Shown here: positions 1 to 13,497 of the stretch, piece by piece | Position numbering within the stretch: position 1 is the stretch's first letter | How the letters are laid out: every line of letters begins with the position of its first letter | Assembly: GCA_010405405.1 (NCBI GenBank) | Contig: MU004236.1 | Location: forward strand, 2,114,070 to 2,178,069 | DNA from: Microthyrium microscopicum | Taxonomy: Eukaryota | Direction of reading: 5' to 3' | DNA length: 64,000 bases | The notes under the pieces: model-generated | Databases searched by the model: none | What the model saw: the letters and a program-made list of their open reading frames with translations, nothing else | What the model was told of the DNA's origin: nothing | Program-made: the position numbers and the translations under genes

Positions 1-3000
1 TATAATACTATTTATTACTATTAATAAATAAGCTAAGTAAAGAGCTAGGTATTCCTTAATTAGGAAAATAGCTATAAATATACTACTTAGGAACTTTAGA
101 ATTAAGAGTATATATTCTTCTTTAAACTTTATTATTATATAACGTTAATTTTACTCTTTATTAATTACTATATTTACTTAATTATCCTCTAAATAAACTT
201 TAATCCTCTCTACTAAAACTACTACTCTTAAGAATATTTCTACTACTATAATTAAAATACTTTTAAATAGTTAACTAGTAGAAGTAGTTACTTAGACTAA
301 AGAAGATATATTAAATATAGGCTCTACGTCCTTTTAACCTTCTTTTTATAAAAATATTAAGATTTATAATAATATTATTATAGAGAATAGCTAAGAAACT
401 TTAGGCTTTACGTCTATTATTTTAGCTACTACCTATATATTTAGTACTAAAGGTTTAGGCGTAATACTCTAAATATAACTTCCTAGTAGTTAAATAACTA
501 CTATATTACTATTAAGTATTATTAAGAATATATTTAATAATAAGCATTTCTAAGTAAATTAAGGCTAGGCTATTATAAATTCTAAAGAGAAAAAAGTAGT
601 AAAAAAAGTAGCTAATAAGCTATAATACTAAAAAAATTATAATAAGAAAGTAAGGAAGGTAATAAAAGCTATACTTTAGGGTAAAAAACCCTTTAAACTA
701 TATAAGAAGTATTAGTCTCTTAAGTATTAGATAATAAGATATACCTTACTTAAGCTTAGTTATAAAGAGAGGAACGTTTATTATATTATATATAAGGCGT
801 TAAAAAAGAAGAGGAAGGCTACTATCTTATTATAAAGAGTTTTAAAAAAGGCTTCTAACTTAAAAGAAGCCCTAGTATAAGCTAGAGCTAAAAAAAAAAG
901 ATTATTTTAGAATCTTATAAGGGCTTATATAGCTAGAAGTTAATATAACTTCTAAAGCCTATTAAAATAGACTTTTAGACTACTTAGTAAGGTATCCTTA
1001 GATATATCTTAAGACTTAAGATAGATAAAGATAGATAAAAGCTATTTTTTCCTATAGCTAGTTATTATATAAATAATAATATTAAAAAAGTAATACTTAA
1101 AATAGGTAAGGTTATTACTAAAGAAGTTAACTAAGTCTTCTACTTTAATAGGCTAAAGAATTTAGTTATTAACCTAAATTTAAAGGCTATAATTAATTAC
1201 CTTATAACGTTAGAGCTACTTATTTCTCTAGATTTAGGTAGTAAATTATTTTTAGTCTATTCTTAGATTTTTAAAATAAATAACCTAGTTATATTCTTTA
1301 CTACTACTATTTATAGCTTTAAGGTAGTAGCTCTTATAGCTAGTTTTATAAAATTTAAAGTCTTCTAAGAATAGAGCCTTAGGTTTTAGCTTAGATATAA
1401 GTATACTATAATAATTAAAGGAAATTATTATATTATTATTTTTAATAAAGCGCTAAGAGTTTCTAAATTTTTGTTTAGTATTAATATTTTTAGAAAAAAT
1501 AAGAAAAAGCTTTTATTTAGGATAGAAAATAATAAGCTTACTTAATATCTAGTATATTATACTATAAAGAAAATAGATAATTATTATCTTATAGCGTATA
1601 GAAATCTAATATTAGTATCTATTCTTTAAAGTAATATCTCTAACTTAGGTAAGCTTACTTAGTATAAGTCTAATATTAATATCTTATATATAACTAGTTA
1701 TTTAAATAAATAGTTTTAATATAAGTATTCTTAATATATCTTCTATAACTAATTCTACTTATTAAGATAATTTATATATATATATAATAACTAAAAAGAT
1801 TAATATTATACTATTATAAGAAACTTAGCTTACTCCTAAAGTAATTAATAAGTTTTATATAAAGTTCCTTCTATTTAGGATTAAGGGCTTAAAGCTTAAT
1901 AGAGTAAATAGTAGAATTACTATTATAATAAATACTTATATATATACCTAGTCTCTAGACCTAGATACTATAATATTTAATAAGTTAGCTAAAAACCTTT
2001 ATAGTACTCTTTATATTATTTATATAAATAATAATATAAGAATACTATATTATATAATTAAGTATAAAGAGACTATAATAAGAATTAGTTATATATACCT
2101 ATTATTATAAGCTATCTAGTAAAAACCTTAGCTAACCTAATAGACTAAAAAGATTAAGGCTCTTTTAAACTATTTCTTATATAATATTATCGCTAAGGAT
2201 TAGAATAATGTCTTAGATCTAAGAGATTCTACTTCTATAAAGACTATAATATTAAGGCTAACTAATAAATTAAGAAGCTTTATACATATCTTAATAAAAG
2301 ACTACCTAATAGTTAATAAGTAGAGAGAAACTTACCCTAACTTAATTACTTATTTATAGTAGTAATTTAAAACTTAGATTACTTAAAGTAAGGCTACTAA
2401 TAATACTAATAATAACTAAACTAATACTAAAGATAACTCTTTATAACTAAGGGTCCTTAATTAGTTATAAATTAATAAAATTTATATTAGAGATAATTAG
2501 ATATTTTTATTATCTAGCTAGGATATATAGAAGAAGGTAATTAGAACTAACTACTATATTATTTCTTTCTAACTTAAGTTTCTATTCTAAAGAATATAAA
2601 GGCCTAAGTAGTTTAGAATTAATATAAACTTACTAAAATTATATAAAGTAAATTAACTACCTTTTAAATAAATTAAAGCTTTAAAAGAGCTATCTTAAAA
2701 AGATCTTTTTAAGTTATAATAAGGCTTTAAAAAGTTTATAGAAATTATATATAAGGAAGCTAAGATAAAGTCTATAAAGTCTAGAAATAAGCTTTATAGA
2801 ACTCTAAAGTCTAGAAGAGATAATATATATAGAAAAAAAGGAAACTATATTAATAAGGACTAAGACCTATAAAAGTAATTAGAATTTATTATTATAAGAA
2901 AGAGAGCTTTAAATAAATACTAGTAGTAATACTACTTATATAACGTTTTTATAAAATATATACTATTAAATAAAAAGCTAAATTAATAGTTTTATATAAA

Positions 3001-4965
3001 AATAAAAGCGTAGTAAGATATAAATATTATTATCTTAAGAGATACTAAGAGAATTATCTATAAGAATAAAGAAAATTTACTTTCTATTATATATAAGTTC
3101 TATATAAAGCTATTTAGTATAAAGATTAGTAATAAGAATACTATAAAGACTCTTCTAAAATACTATATAAAGAAGATTAAATATAAGTATAGAAGTACTT
3201 TAGTATAAAGAATCTTAAGACATAATATTTAGACTTTAATTAATTAGTTAGCCTTAGGTAAGTTACTTAGATTAGATAGTCTTATATTAAAGTTTTATAA
3301 GTTACTTTAGAAGTAAATTAAAAACTATAAAGATAGAAAGAATACTACTTTAGTCTTTTACCTTTTAGAAAGAGTTTATAAGAAAATTTAAACCTAGAAA
3401 GTACTATTAAAAGACTTTACTAAAGGTATATTAGCCTTTCTATATAAGAAGGGTAATAAGTTAGATATTAGGAATTATAAACTATTTTCTATTATAAATA
3501 TAGACTATAAGATATTTATAAATATACTTATATATTATCTTAATAAGGTATTNNNNNNNNNNNNNNNNNNNNNNNNNNNNNNNNNNNNNNNNNNNNNNNN
3601 NNNNNNNNNNNNNNNNNNNNNNNNNNNNNNNNNNNNNNNNNNNNNNNNNNNNNNNNNNNNNNNNNNNNNNNNNNNNNNNNNNNNNNNNNNNNNNNNNNNN
3701 NNNNNNNNNNNNNNNNNNNNNNNNNNNNNNNNNNNNNNNNNNNNNNNNNNNNNNNNNNNNNNNNNNNNNNNNNNNNNNNNNNNNNNNNNNNNNNNNNNNN
3801 NNNNNNNNNNNNNNNNNNNNNNNNNNNNNNNNNNNNNNNNNNNNNNNNNNNNNNNNNNNNNNNNNNNNNNNNNNNNNNNNNNNNNNNNNNNNNNNNNNNN
3901 NNNNNNNNNNNNNNNNNNNNNNNNNNNNNNNNNNNNNNNNNNNNNNNNNNNNNNNNNNNNNNNNNNNNNNNNNNNNNNNNNNNNNNNNNNNNNNNNNNNN
4001 NNNNNNNNNNNNNNNNNNNNNNNNNNNNNNNNNNNNNNNNNNNNNNNNNNNNNNNNNNNNNNNNNNNNNNNNNNNNNNNNNNNNNNNNNNNNNNNNNNNN
4101 NNNNNNNNNNNNNNNNNNNNNNNNNNNNNNNNNNNNNNNNNNNNNNNNNNNNNNNNNNNNNNNNNNNNNNNNNNNNNNNNNNNNNNNNNNNNNNNNNNNN
4201 NNNNNNNNNNNNNNNNNCTACTCTTTAATTTAAGGTAATAAAAGAGCTACTATTAGAGATTTATAAGTATACTATAAGAAGTAAAGAGAAAAAGCTAGTA
4301 CCTTTAATATAGTAACTATTATTAGTTTGTCCTATTTAATAGCTATTATTAAAAGTATTAACTTCCTTAAATTACTCTAAGTATAACTTATATAGAGTAT
4401 TAAGATATAATATATAGATATTAAAACTAAGATAGATTCTATAAGGATATATAATCCCTAGATAATAAGAATAGTAAAATCTTTTAAAGAACTCCTTAAA
4501 GTAATAAAAAAGTAAGAAGTATTATAAAAGAAATAGTTTAGTATAAATAAGTCTATAAACTTATTCTATATTAAATAACCTATTACTATAAATAAGATAT
4601 TATCTATTCTTTTCTAGTTCTATTTCTAAATTATAAGTATAAGAAATAGTAGAGCTAATACTTATAGCTTTAAGTCTTTTAATTAGCTATAGTATAATAA
4701 GGTAAAGACTATTAGAAATATTTAAAACCTAGTTTAATAAAAAGTTATTATATTTAATAACTATTCTTAAAGATAGGTTAACTTTATACTATTAGTAATA
4801 AAAAGATTCTATAAATAATTTCTACTATAGTAGAGAAACTTATTAAAATAAAGAGAATTAGGGAACTTAATACTTTTTACTTATAATTAATATTTTCTAA
4901 AGTTTTATAATAGTAATATAATTTATCCTTTAGCTATTATTAACTTTAAGAAACTATACTAAATA
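1..4965 (+). mobile_element. RIP-degenerate non-LTR retrotransposon (L1-like LINE), 5' part: ORF1 zinc knuckle, APE endonuclease, RT
   Basis: 701-742 reads YKKY*SLKY*IIRY (de-RIP CKKCQSLEHWIIRC, CX2CX4HX4C); ~2338 *LNYLF (RLDYLF, endonuclease); ~3257 GKLLRLDSL (GKSPGLDGL-like); 3422-3515 KGILAFLYKKGNKLDIRNYKLFSIINIDYKIF (RT start). The RT core probably falls in the N-gap. Confidence 0.8.
3553..4217. other. Assembly gap (N run)
   Basis: Run of N characters. Confidence 1.
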
Positions 4966-5325
4966 TATTAGAGATTAGAGTTATAGAGTAGGTAAGAAGG
5001 TTATAAGATACTTAATAGATTAAGTATATAGAAATAGGGATAGGAGTAATTACTAAGGAACTATAAGGAGATTCCTTAGCCTCTATCTTATTACCTAGGA
5101 ACCTCTAAGGTTTCTCTCTAAGCTAGAGTAGTCTATCTATAAGCTAAGGTACCTTAGAGGTACGCTTAGCTACTAATTATAATAGTTAGGAACCTATTAG
5201 TTCTCTTAATTATAGAATATACTAAAGCTAAAGAAGTAGCTCTACTAGCTTCTAATAGCTATTAGGCTAAAGTACTTAGGCTATAATACCTATCTTAGGG
5301 AGTCTATTAGGTTTAATTCCTAATA
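4966..5325 (-). repeat. 3' LTR of Gypsy element A
   Basis: Near-identical to 21068-21427; ends TA...TA (RIP of TG...CA); purine-rich tract adjacent on the minus strand. Confidence 0.9.
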
Positions 5326-8300
5326 TTATCCTCTTAATAAGGACCTAAACGTCCTTATAGGTTTCTAAAGGGTTAACTACGTCTTAATAGTACTAATATA
5401 CTTTAGAATATATTATATTATAATAGTATAAACTACTTAGCTACTATCTAGCTAGCTAGATAATAATCTTAGTAAATCTTAGTAAACTTATTATTAGTTT
5501 TAAATATTACTTAAAGGAGTACTCCTTAAATAACAATTTATAAAGCTAAACGTTACTATTAGGTACTTATTTAGGTTTATCTAGGTTTATTAAGAACTTA
5601 GGCGTTTTTAAGTTTCCTTAGGCTATTATCTTAAGCCTACCTAATCTATAGGTTATTACTTACTAAAAGTAACTTCCTTCTTTAGAATCTTTACTTATAG
5701 TAAGGATTAATATTAAAGCTTTCCTTAATAGGAAGTACTTAATAAAGTAAGTATTTACTCTCTACTAACCTAATTAGATAGGAGGGTATTAAATAAGGTA
5801 TATTTAATCTTATAATTATATACTTCTTCTAATTCTTCTTTATCCTACTTTTATAGAATTAAAGTATATACCTAAGTAAACCCTAGCTAACTAAGTAAAG
5901 CTAACCTTTATAAATAGGGCTATAGTATAAGAATAAGTCTTAGCTAGTAGTCCTAATATTTTACTAGTAGCTTCCTTATAAATCTACTTAGTATACTTTA
6001 TACTCTTTTATACCTATTCTTTCTAATAGTTACTATAAAAAATAAAGTAAAAGCTAATAAGGCTCTAAATAAACTTAGTCTATCTTTATCTAACGTCTCT
6101 AAGGTTTCTAAGGATACCTCTAAGGTCTTTAAGAATACTATTACTTTATTAAAGACTCTAATTACTAGTATTATAAAATTAGCTAATCCTACTAATACTA
6201 ATACTACTAAAAAGGTAACTAATAAGGTTAAATTCATTAATAGTATCTAAATTAATGCTAATAATAACTATATTAAACTATTAAGTTTAGGCTACTCCTC
6301 TTTAGAGCCTTCTAAATCTAAGAAGATTAAAAAGGATACTACCTAGGCTAAGAAAAAGAGAAAAGCTCCTAAATATAACTATAATAGCAAATCTAAATCT
6401 TCTTAGCCTAATGCAAAGTAAATATATAATAATAGTATTATATATACTAATAAGGCTTAGGCTTAGTTTAAATTATACTAGACTTTTTTTATTTATAACG
6501 TATTAATTAATTATAGTTAGTTAGGTAGCAAACGTCTTCTATATAACTCTAATAATAATAAGATAGAATTATCTAATATAGATAAGTCTATTCTATATAA
6601 GAATAAGGCTAAGTTAATTATTAAATAGTTTCTTATACTTAATTTATATTAGTAATATACTAAAGTATACGCTAAGATCTTCCTATATACTAATCTAAAG
6701 AATTAGTACTATATAGCTTCTAAGGACTATATATTAGCCTTTAAGGTTTAAAATAATTACTACTATATAATCTATAAAACTACTAAGTCTTATTAGTAGT
6801 ATCTTAAGATAAGTTATTCCTAATTAATTTAATTTAAATTTAATTATTACTAATCGTTTCTTAGGTTATCTTTTATAAGAAGAGTATTACTAAAGACCTC
6901 CTTTAGAAGCGTTATAACGTAATAAAGATTTATATACTTTATTAGTAAACTTATAATAGTAATTTAAATAAGTATAATATAAGTTAGCTCCTTTATACTA
7001 AAAAGGTAGTTTATATTACTAATAAGGACGTTATAAAAGCTATCTAGACGTAAGTAAACTCTCTTATTATACTTAGGTTTAAATTAATATAAATAGATAT
7101 ATTTATATTAACGCTATAAATAATACCTTCTCTCTATATTCTAGTATTACTAAGAGTAAATATAATAGTATCTATATAATATTAGTATATTATAAAAATA
7201 GCAAAAAAGTTCTTATAACTAAGAAGGCTATCTATTACTCTAAAGTAGCTCTACTTAGAGCTATTATTAGTATTACTTATATTAAGCGCTATAATAACCT
7301 CTACGCTTATCGTTATAAATTTAAACTACTTATAAATAGTAGCTAAAAAGGTATAAGTACTTCTAATTATATTACTTAGATTCTAATTAACTCTATTTTA
7401 GATTATAAGTACTTTATTACGTTAAATTAATAATCTTACTAACGTTATAAAAATACTTACTTCTTAGTAGGCTAATAGTGCTAAAAAGAAGAAGAAGGCT
7501 TTTAATATAAGTTAGTTTATAACTCTTTAGAGCTAGATTAATAAATATAAGCTTAGAATAAATAAGTAGATAGTTCTTTATTACTATCTAGTTATAATAG
7601 GTTAAATTAATTCTAAAGATAATAATTTAGAGTCTAAAGAATTTAAAGAGTCTAAAAAGTAAATATAGTATCTAGTAGATATATCTAGTATTAGGTTAAT
7701 ATGTCTAGTATTTAATAGATAAAGTTAGTTATATTTTAGGTTTATTATAAGCTATTTATTAGTGCTTAGTAGCTATTAGGTTTTATTTAAACTAATTTAT
7801 ATAAATAATATAAGATAGTTTCTTCTAATAAAATACTTTCTTAAATTTCTAAGTCCTCTCTTATAAACCTAAATAGTACTTAGGGATATATTCCTATAAA
7901 CCTAAAATTATTATTTTAAGGTATTTAAAGAATACCCTTTTAAGGATTAATAAGTAAAGCTAAAGTAATACTAATAGTTTTAGGTTTAGGTTTAAAATTA
8001 GTTCTATATCTAGTTCTAAATTTTCTCTAAGTCTTTTCTATTTAGACTATATTTATATATATATTTATAGGAACCTATTTATTCTAAGGTATTATAATAG
8101 TATTATCTAGGTACTATTTAGTTTTATTTAAATAGGCTTATCTTAATTATAAGTAAAGTAAATTATTATTATACGTCTATATACGCTATAGAGTAACTAT
8201 ACTTTTATACTTATCTTTCCTATAAAAAAAGGCTTATTCTAAGTCTTATTATAACTATTTTAGTCTACCTAGCCTTTTCTTAGCTAATATAGGTTTAGTA

Positions 8301-11300
8301 AGTACTAAAAGCTTTTTTAAACGTCTCCTTAGCTTCTTAAGCTCTAGATAAAGTTTATTTAAGTTAAGTTATTCTAATTTATATTTAGTTACTCCTATTA
8401 GAGCTAATTTAGCTAGGGAAATACCTTTTTTCTTTAACTTCTCTTAGTAGCACTTTAGCGTAATTAAGAAGAAGTTACTAGTAAGTTCTTAGCTTATTTT
8501 AGATATAGAGTAGTTTTTCTACTTTACTTTATAGTAATAAGTATTATCTTTATTAACCTTATATTTAATTATATCTTTAACCTTATAGTAATTAGTCTCT
8601 TTAAGGTCTAAGGTTTCTTAAAGTAAGACTATTTATTATAGGAAGTATATATTAAATATATATTATTATAATAAAGAGATATAGAAGACGTTATAAACTA
8701 AAGCGTCCTTAAGTAAATTAATATAGTACGTATTATAGTTAATAACCTTTATTACTTTAAAGGAGCTTATATACTTAATATCTAGTTTTTTTTTAGACTT
8801 AGCTATTCTAATATTCTTTATATTAAGTAGAACTTAGTTATTTACCTTTAAGGTAACGTCCTTATAGCCTTTATTATAATATTTAGCTTATAGAGTTTAA
8901 ATATTCTTTAGATAAGCCTAAAAGGCTCTCTAAAAGAATAGAATATATTCTACTAATTTCTTTACGTTAAAAGTAGTACTTATTAGATACTCTTTAGATA
9001 CTTTTAGTACGTATAGGTATCTATCTATATATACTATAAATAAAGTAATACTAGTTAAGCTATATATACTATTATTATATATAAACTTAGTAAGATTAAG
9101 CTTTTTAGCTTAATTATCCTACTCTTAGCTATAGTAAATATATAGATAGTACTTAATCTCTTAGTTTTAATGCTCTATTTACCTATCTATTTAGGGTTAG
9201 AACGTAGTAGATAGCTTCTATTAGATCTCTAAGTAGTAGAGAAATATATTCTAGAACTTAGAAATAAATATAAAGCCTTTATTAGATATAGTTATATTTA
9301 GTACGCTATAAAGTTATACTACCTTATATAAGAAGAGCTTAGTAAAATTATTTACGTCTATATTTTTATAATAAAGTACGTAATAAGCTATTTTAGTTAG
9401 TTTATAGATAACTACTATAATAGAGTTATATAGCTACCCTTAAAAGACGCTTAGAGGTAAGTTAGTAATAAAATTAACTATAATATCTTCCTAGGGGGCT
9501 ATTAGTACTAATAGGGGCAAAAAGAGCCTATTTTAGCCTTATTTAATAGACGTATTTTATTTATACTCTAAATAAGCTATATAGTACTCTTAAATATCCT
9601 TATTAATATTATTCTAAGTATAATAATATTAAATCTTTTCTAATATTTTACGTTAGCCTCTATAGCCTCCTTCTAAGGAGTTATTATAGAAATATTAAAA
9701 GACTTAGACTTTACTATTTTCTATAGTAACCTCTATTTATAGATAGGTCTATTTATTTTCTATTAGCTTAGTAAGGGAGCTATTAAGTACGTCTAGCATA
9801 GTAATAATATCTACTTCTTAAGAATTATTTCTTAGGTACTATAATAAGGTACTAATAAATATAACTAAGGCGTTAATAAACTTAACTAGGTCTTTATTAG
9901 GCTTAGAGGCCTTAAATAGTTATAGTTTATCTTAGATAAGGTTTAATAAAGTATTTATAGTTCTTTTCTATTTTATATTATCTAAGGAGATATAGTTTAG
10001 TCTCTATAAGAGTCTATTCGTAGAGTTTATCTTCCCTAAATGATACTTAATATTAAACTTAAACTTAGTAAGAAAGTCTACCTATCTTATATATATAGTA
10101 GAGATATTTTAGAATATATTAAGTAAATAAAAGTTTATATAATCTATTAGGACTAAGAACTTTAAAATACTATATAGGTACTTATAAAAGACTCTTATAG
10201 AGTTAATAATAACTAGGAACTCCTACTATAAGGTCTTATAGTAACTCTTAGATCCTAATAGCTTCCTTAAGTAGAACGCTATAGGTTACTATTAGCCTTC
10301 TTAGCCTAGCTTAGTTTACTTCTAGCTTAAAATACTATAGATTACTTACTTAGAGGTATCTATCTCTAAATAAGTCTCTAATATAGGATTATAATAAATA
10401 AGAATTAGTACGTACGTAAAGGTAGCCTTTAGGTTATTAAAGGATTAAATAGCTTTAAAAAGAAGGTTAATTAGAACTAATTCCTTATTACGTAGCTATT
10501 AGCCTTTTAAGGCCTATCTTAGAAGCTTCTTAGTTAAAGAGTTTAATAGAAAAGTAATATAAGAGAAGTTAGTAATAAAACATTAATAGTAGTTTATAAA
10601 GCTAATAAACTCTTTTACTTAGTATATATTACGTAGTATTAGCTAATCTATAATTATTATAATTTATTCTAGTTCTACTATAGTACTATCTAGAATTATA
10701 ACGTACTTAAAGTACTTAGTTTAGTCTATATAAAAGCTATACTTTAATAGCTTAGTATATAACTTAAACTTAATAAGTCTTTTAAGTACCTCCTTTATAT
10801 ATTTAATATAATCTTCTTTATTCTTAGAGAAGATAAGAATATTATTAAGGTAGATAATATAAGTTACGTTAATAAGGCTATATAAAGCTTAGTTAATATA
10901 CGCTTAAAAAGTAGTAGAAGTATTAGTAAGCCTAAAGAGTATTACTTAGTACTTAAAGGATCTATATTTAGTTTAGAACGCTATCTTCTACTTATTACTA
11001 GTATAAATATAAATATAATAGTATACTTTATAAAAGTTTAGGCTTATAAAGAGCTTAGCTTTTAATAGTTAGTTTAATAACTCTTTAATTAATAGTAGAG
11101 TATAATAGTCCTTAACTATAATATTATTTAAGCCTTTATAGTCTACGTATAGACGTAAGGTATTATCCTTTTTCTTTATAAAAATAATTAGGGCTCTAGT
11201 AGAAGACTAAGATTTATAGATAAATCTTTTCTTAAGATCTCTCTTAAGGTATTTATATAGAATAACTAGTTCTACTTTTAATAGGCTATAAATAAGCTAA

Positions 11301-13273
11301 TAAAGTATACTTATACCTAGCTTAAAGTTAATAGCTAGGTCCTATAGACTATATTCTACTAAATTCTATACTTTATTCTTACTAAAGGCCTTTATAAGCT
11401 CCTTATAGTAATATAGTAAGTCTTATAGACTAATATAGTCTAATAAACCTACTAAATACTTAAAGAGCTAAGTAGATTTATTTTAACCTAATTAGAGTAA
11501 CTCTTCTAAGAAGATAGAGCTAATTTTACTATAGTAGTTATCTTCTAGATAAATAAAGGATAAAGTCTTAGCCTTAAAGTCTAGTAAAGGGTTTTAGTCC
11601 TTAAGCTAAGGTATTTCTATAATAATTATATAGTATAGTAAGTCTATAATATAAAATAATACCTTATTAGTCTTTAGAATCCTATTAGAGTTAATTACTA
11701 TAACTTTAGTAGTTACTACTTTATAGATAGCTATAAGCGTATTATTTAGGTACTTAACTAACTTTTTTAAAAGATAATATATCTCTAATTAAAGCTTCTT
11801 AACTAAGGCGTAGTTTATAATATTAAAATAGGCCTTATTATTTATTATTACGCTTTATAGTGTATAATCTTAGCCTACTTAATTCTAAGTAGTCTCTTAT
11901 AAAATAATTTAGCGTAATTTCTTTAATTAGTATACCTCTTTATTTAGAATCTTTTTATTTCTTACTACCTCTAGGACCTAAGTAATAATAACTTTATAGA
12001 AGTTACTAAGGAGGTTAAGAACTAGATTATTTATAATAAAAGCTATAAGATATTAATTAGCTACCTTATAGCTTAGTCTTTTTCCTTAATTTCCTTTAGC
12101 TTTAGGTTAGGATAGTTATAAGCTATATAGCCTATCTTAGTATAGTTCTAGTACTTATTTTTACTAGGATTACTAAAGAATAGCTATTTAACTTTAGACG
12201 TTACGTTACTCTTTAGTTTATCTAGCTTTAAAGCCCTATTAAAAAGGCTTAGTTTAGACTTCTTTAACTTATCTTTCTAAGAACCTTATTAAGTCTTATC
12301 CTCTAGATTTATAAATATTAAATACTATTTAGAGGATTTACTATTTCTAGTATCTTTCTTAAAAGTAGTTAGTATCTTCTAGTTACTAATAAGTCTTAAG
12401 TGCTTTAAAATATATTAAGATAAGGCTTCTTTAGCTATTTTAACTATATAGTCTAGGTTAAAGATTATATTATTTCTAAGGTAAGTAGATAGTCTATTAC
12501 TAAAGAATAATAGGTAAATTAATACGTTATTAATTTTATACTTATAAAAGAGAGGTATGAGCTTATTAAAGTATTCTTAGGAGGTCTTATCTTCTATTAT
12601 AGTAGTTAAGAGGCTCTAAAAGGCTTTATAATATCTCTTAATAGATAGACTAAAGAGTTTAAGGGCTTATTATTTTATAAGAGCTTATATAGGTTTATAT
12701 TAATCTAGTTTAGCTAACTAGGTCTAGAAATTAATATAATTATCCTAAGTAGGTTACATAACCTCCTTATTAAGGTAATTATAGGCTTAGAGAACTACTA
12801 AGTATAAGTTCTCCTTATATTTCTTTATAGTAAGTATATTAGTTATATTAAAGACCTAATCCTTATATTCTTATAGACTTTTAGCTTTATATATCTATAG
12901 TTTATTACTACTATAAGCTAATTTAGAGCTATTATATTTAATATAGGCTAAAATAGCTAGGCTAGCATTGTATTAATCCTATTTATTAATCTATTTAACT
13001 AAGTAGAGTTCTCTACATTTATAAGCTACTTTTATTACTTTAAGTTATTTAATCTTAAGTATATTACGTATTTATTATATTTTAGCTTATAACTATTCTA
13101 ACGTCTCTTTTATATTTATTACTAGTTCTAGATAAGCTTATTCTATATTAGTAGGGTTGCCTATAGCGCTACTTAGTCTTACTAGGGTTAGTATAGCTAT
13201 ATTTAGTATAACTAGATTTAGTCTAGCTAGTTTTACTCTAGGGGCCTTATCCTTAGGTTTTATTAGTTCATTA

Positions 13274-13497
13274 TGTAAGGAATCCTTACAGGTTTAGTAT
13301 TATAGTGTTTAGATGCCAAGATCTAATCCTATAGATAAGATCTCTTTATCCCGTTTAGGGTTAGTATATCTAAAAATATCTTAGGCCCCTACTTCTTTAT
13401 ATCTATAGCTATATTTCTAGATCTCTTCTCTCTATACTTAGATTCTATAATACTAGCTACTTTCTACTTACCTAATTGTGCCCATTAGCTCTTTATA
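13274..13497 (+). repeat. 5' LTR of Gypsy element B
   Basis: Direct repeat of 20770-20993; starts with TG. Confidence 0.93.
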
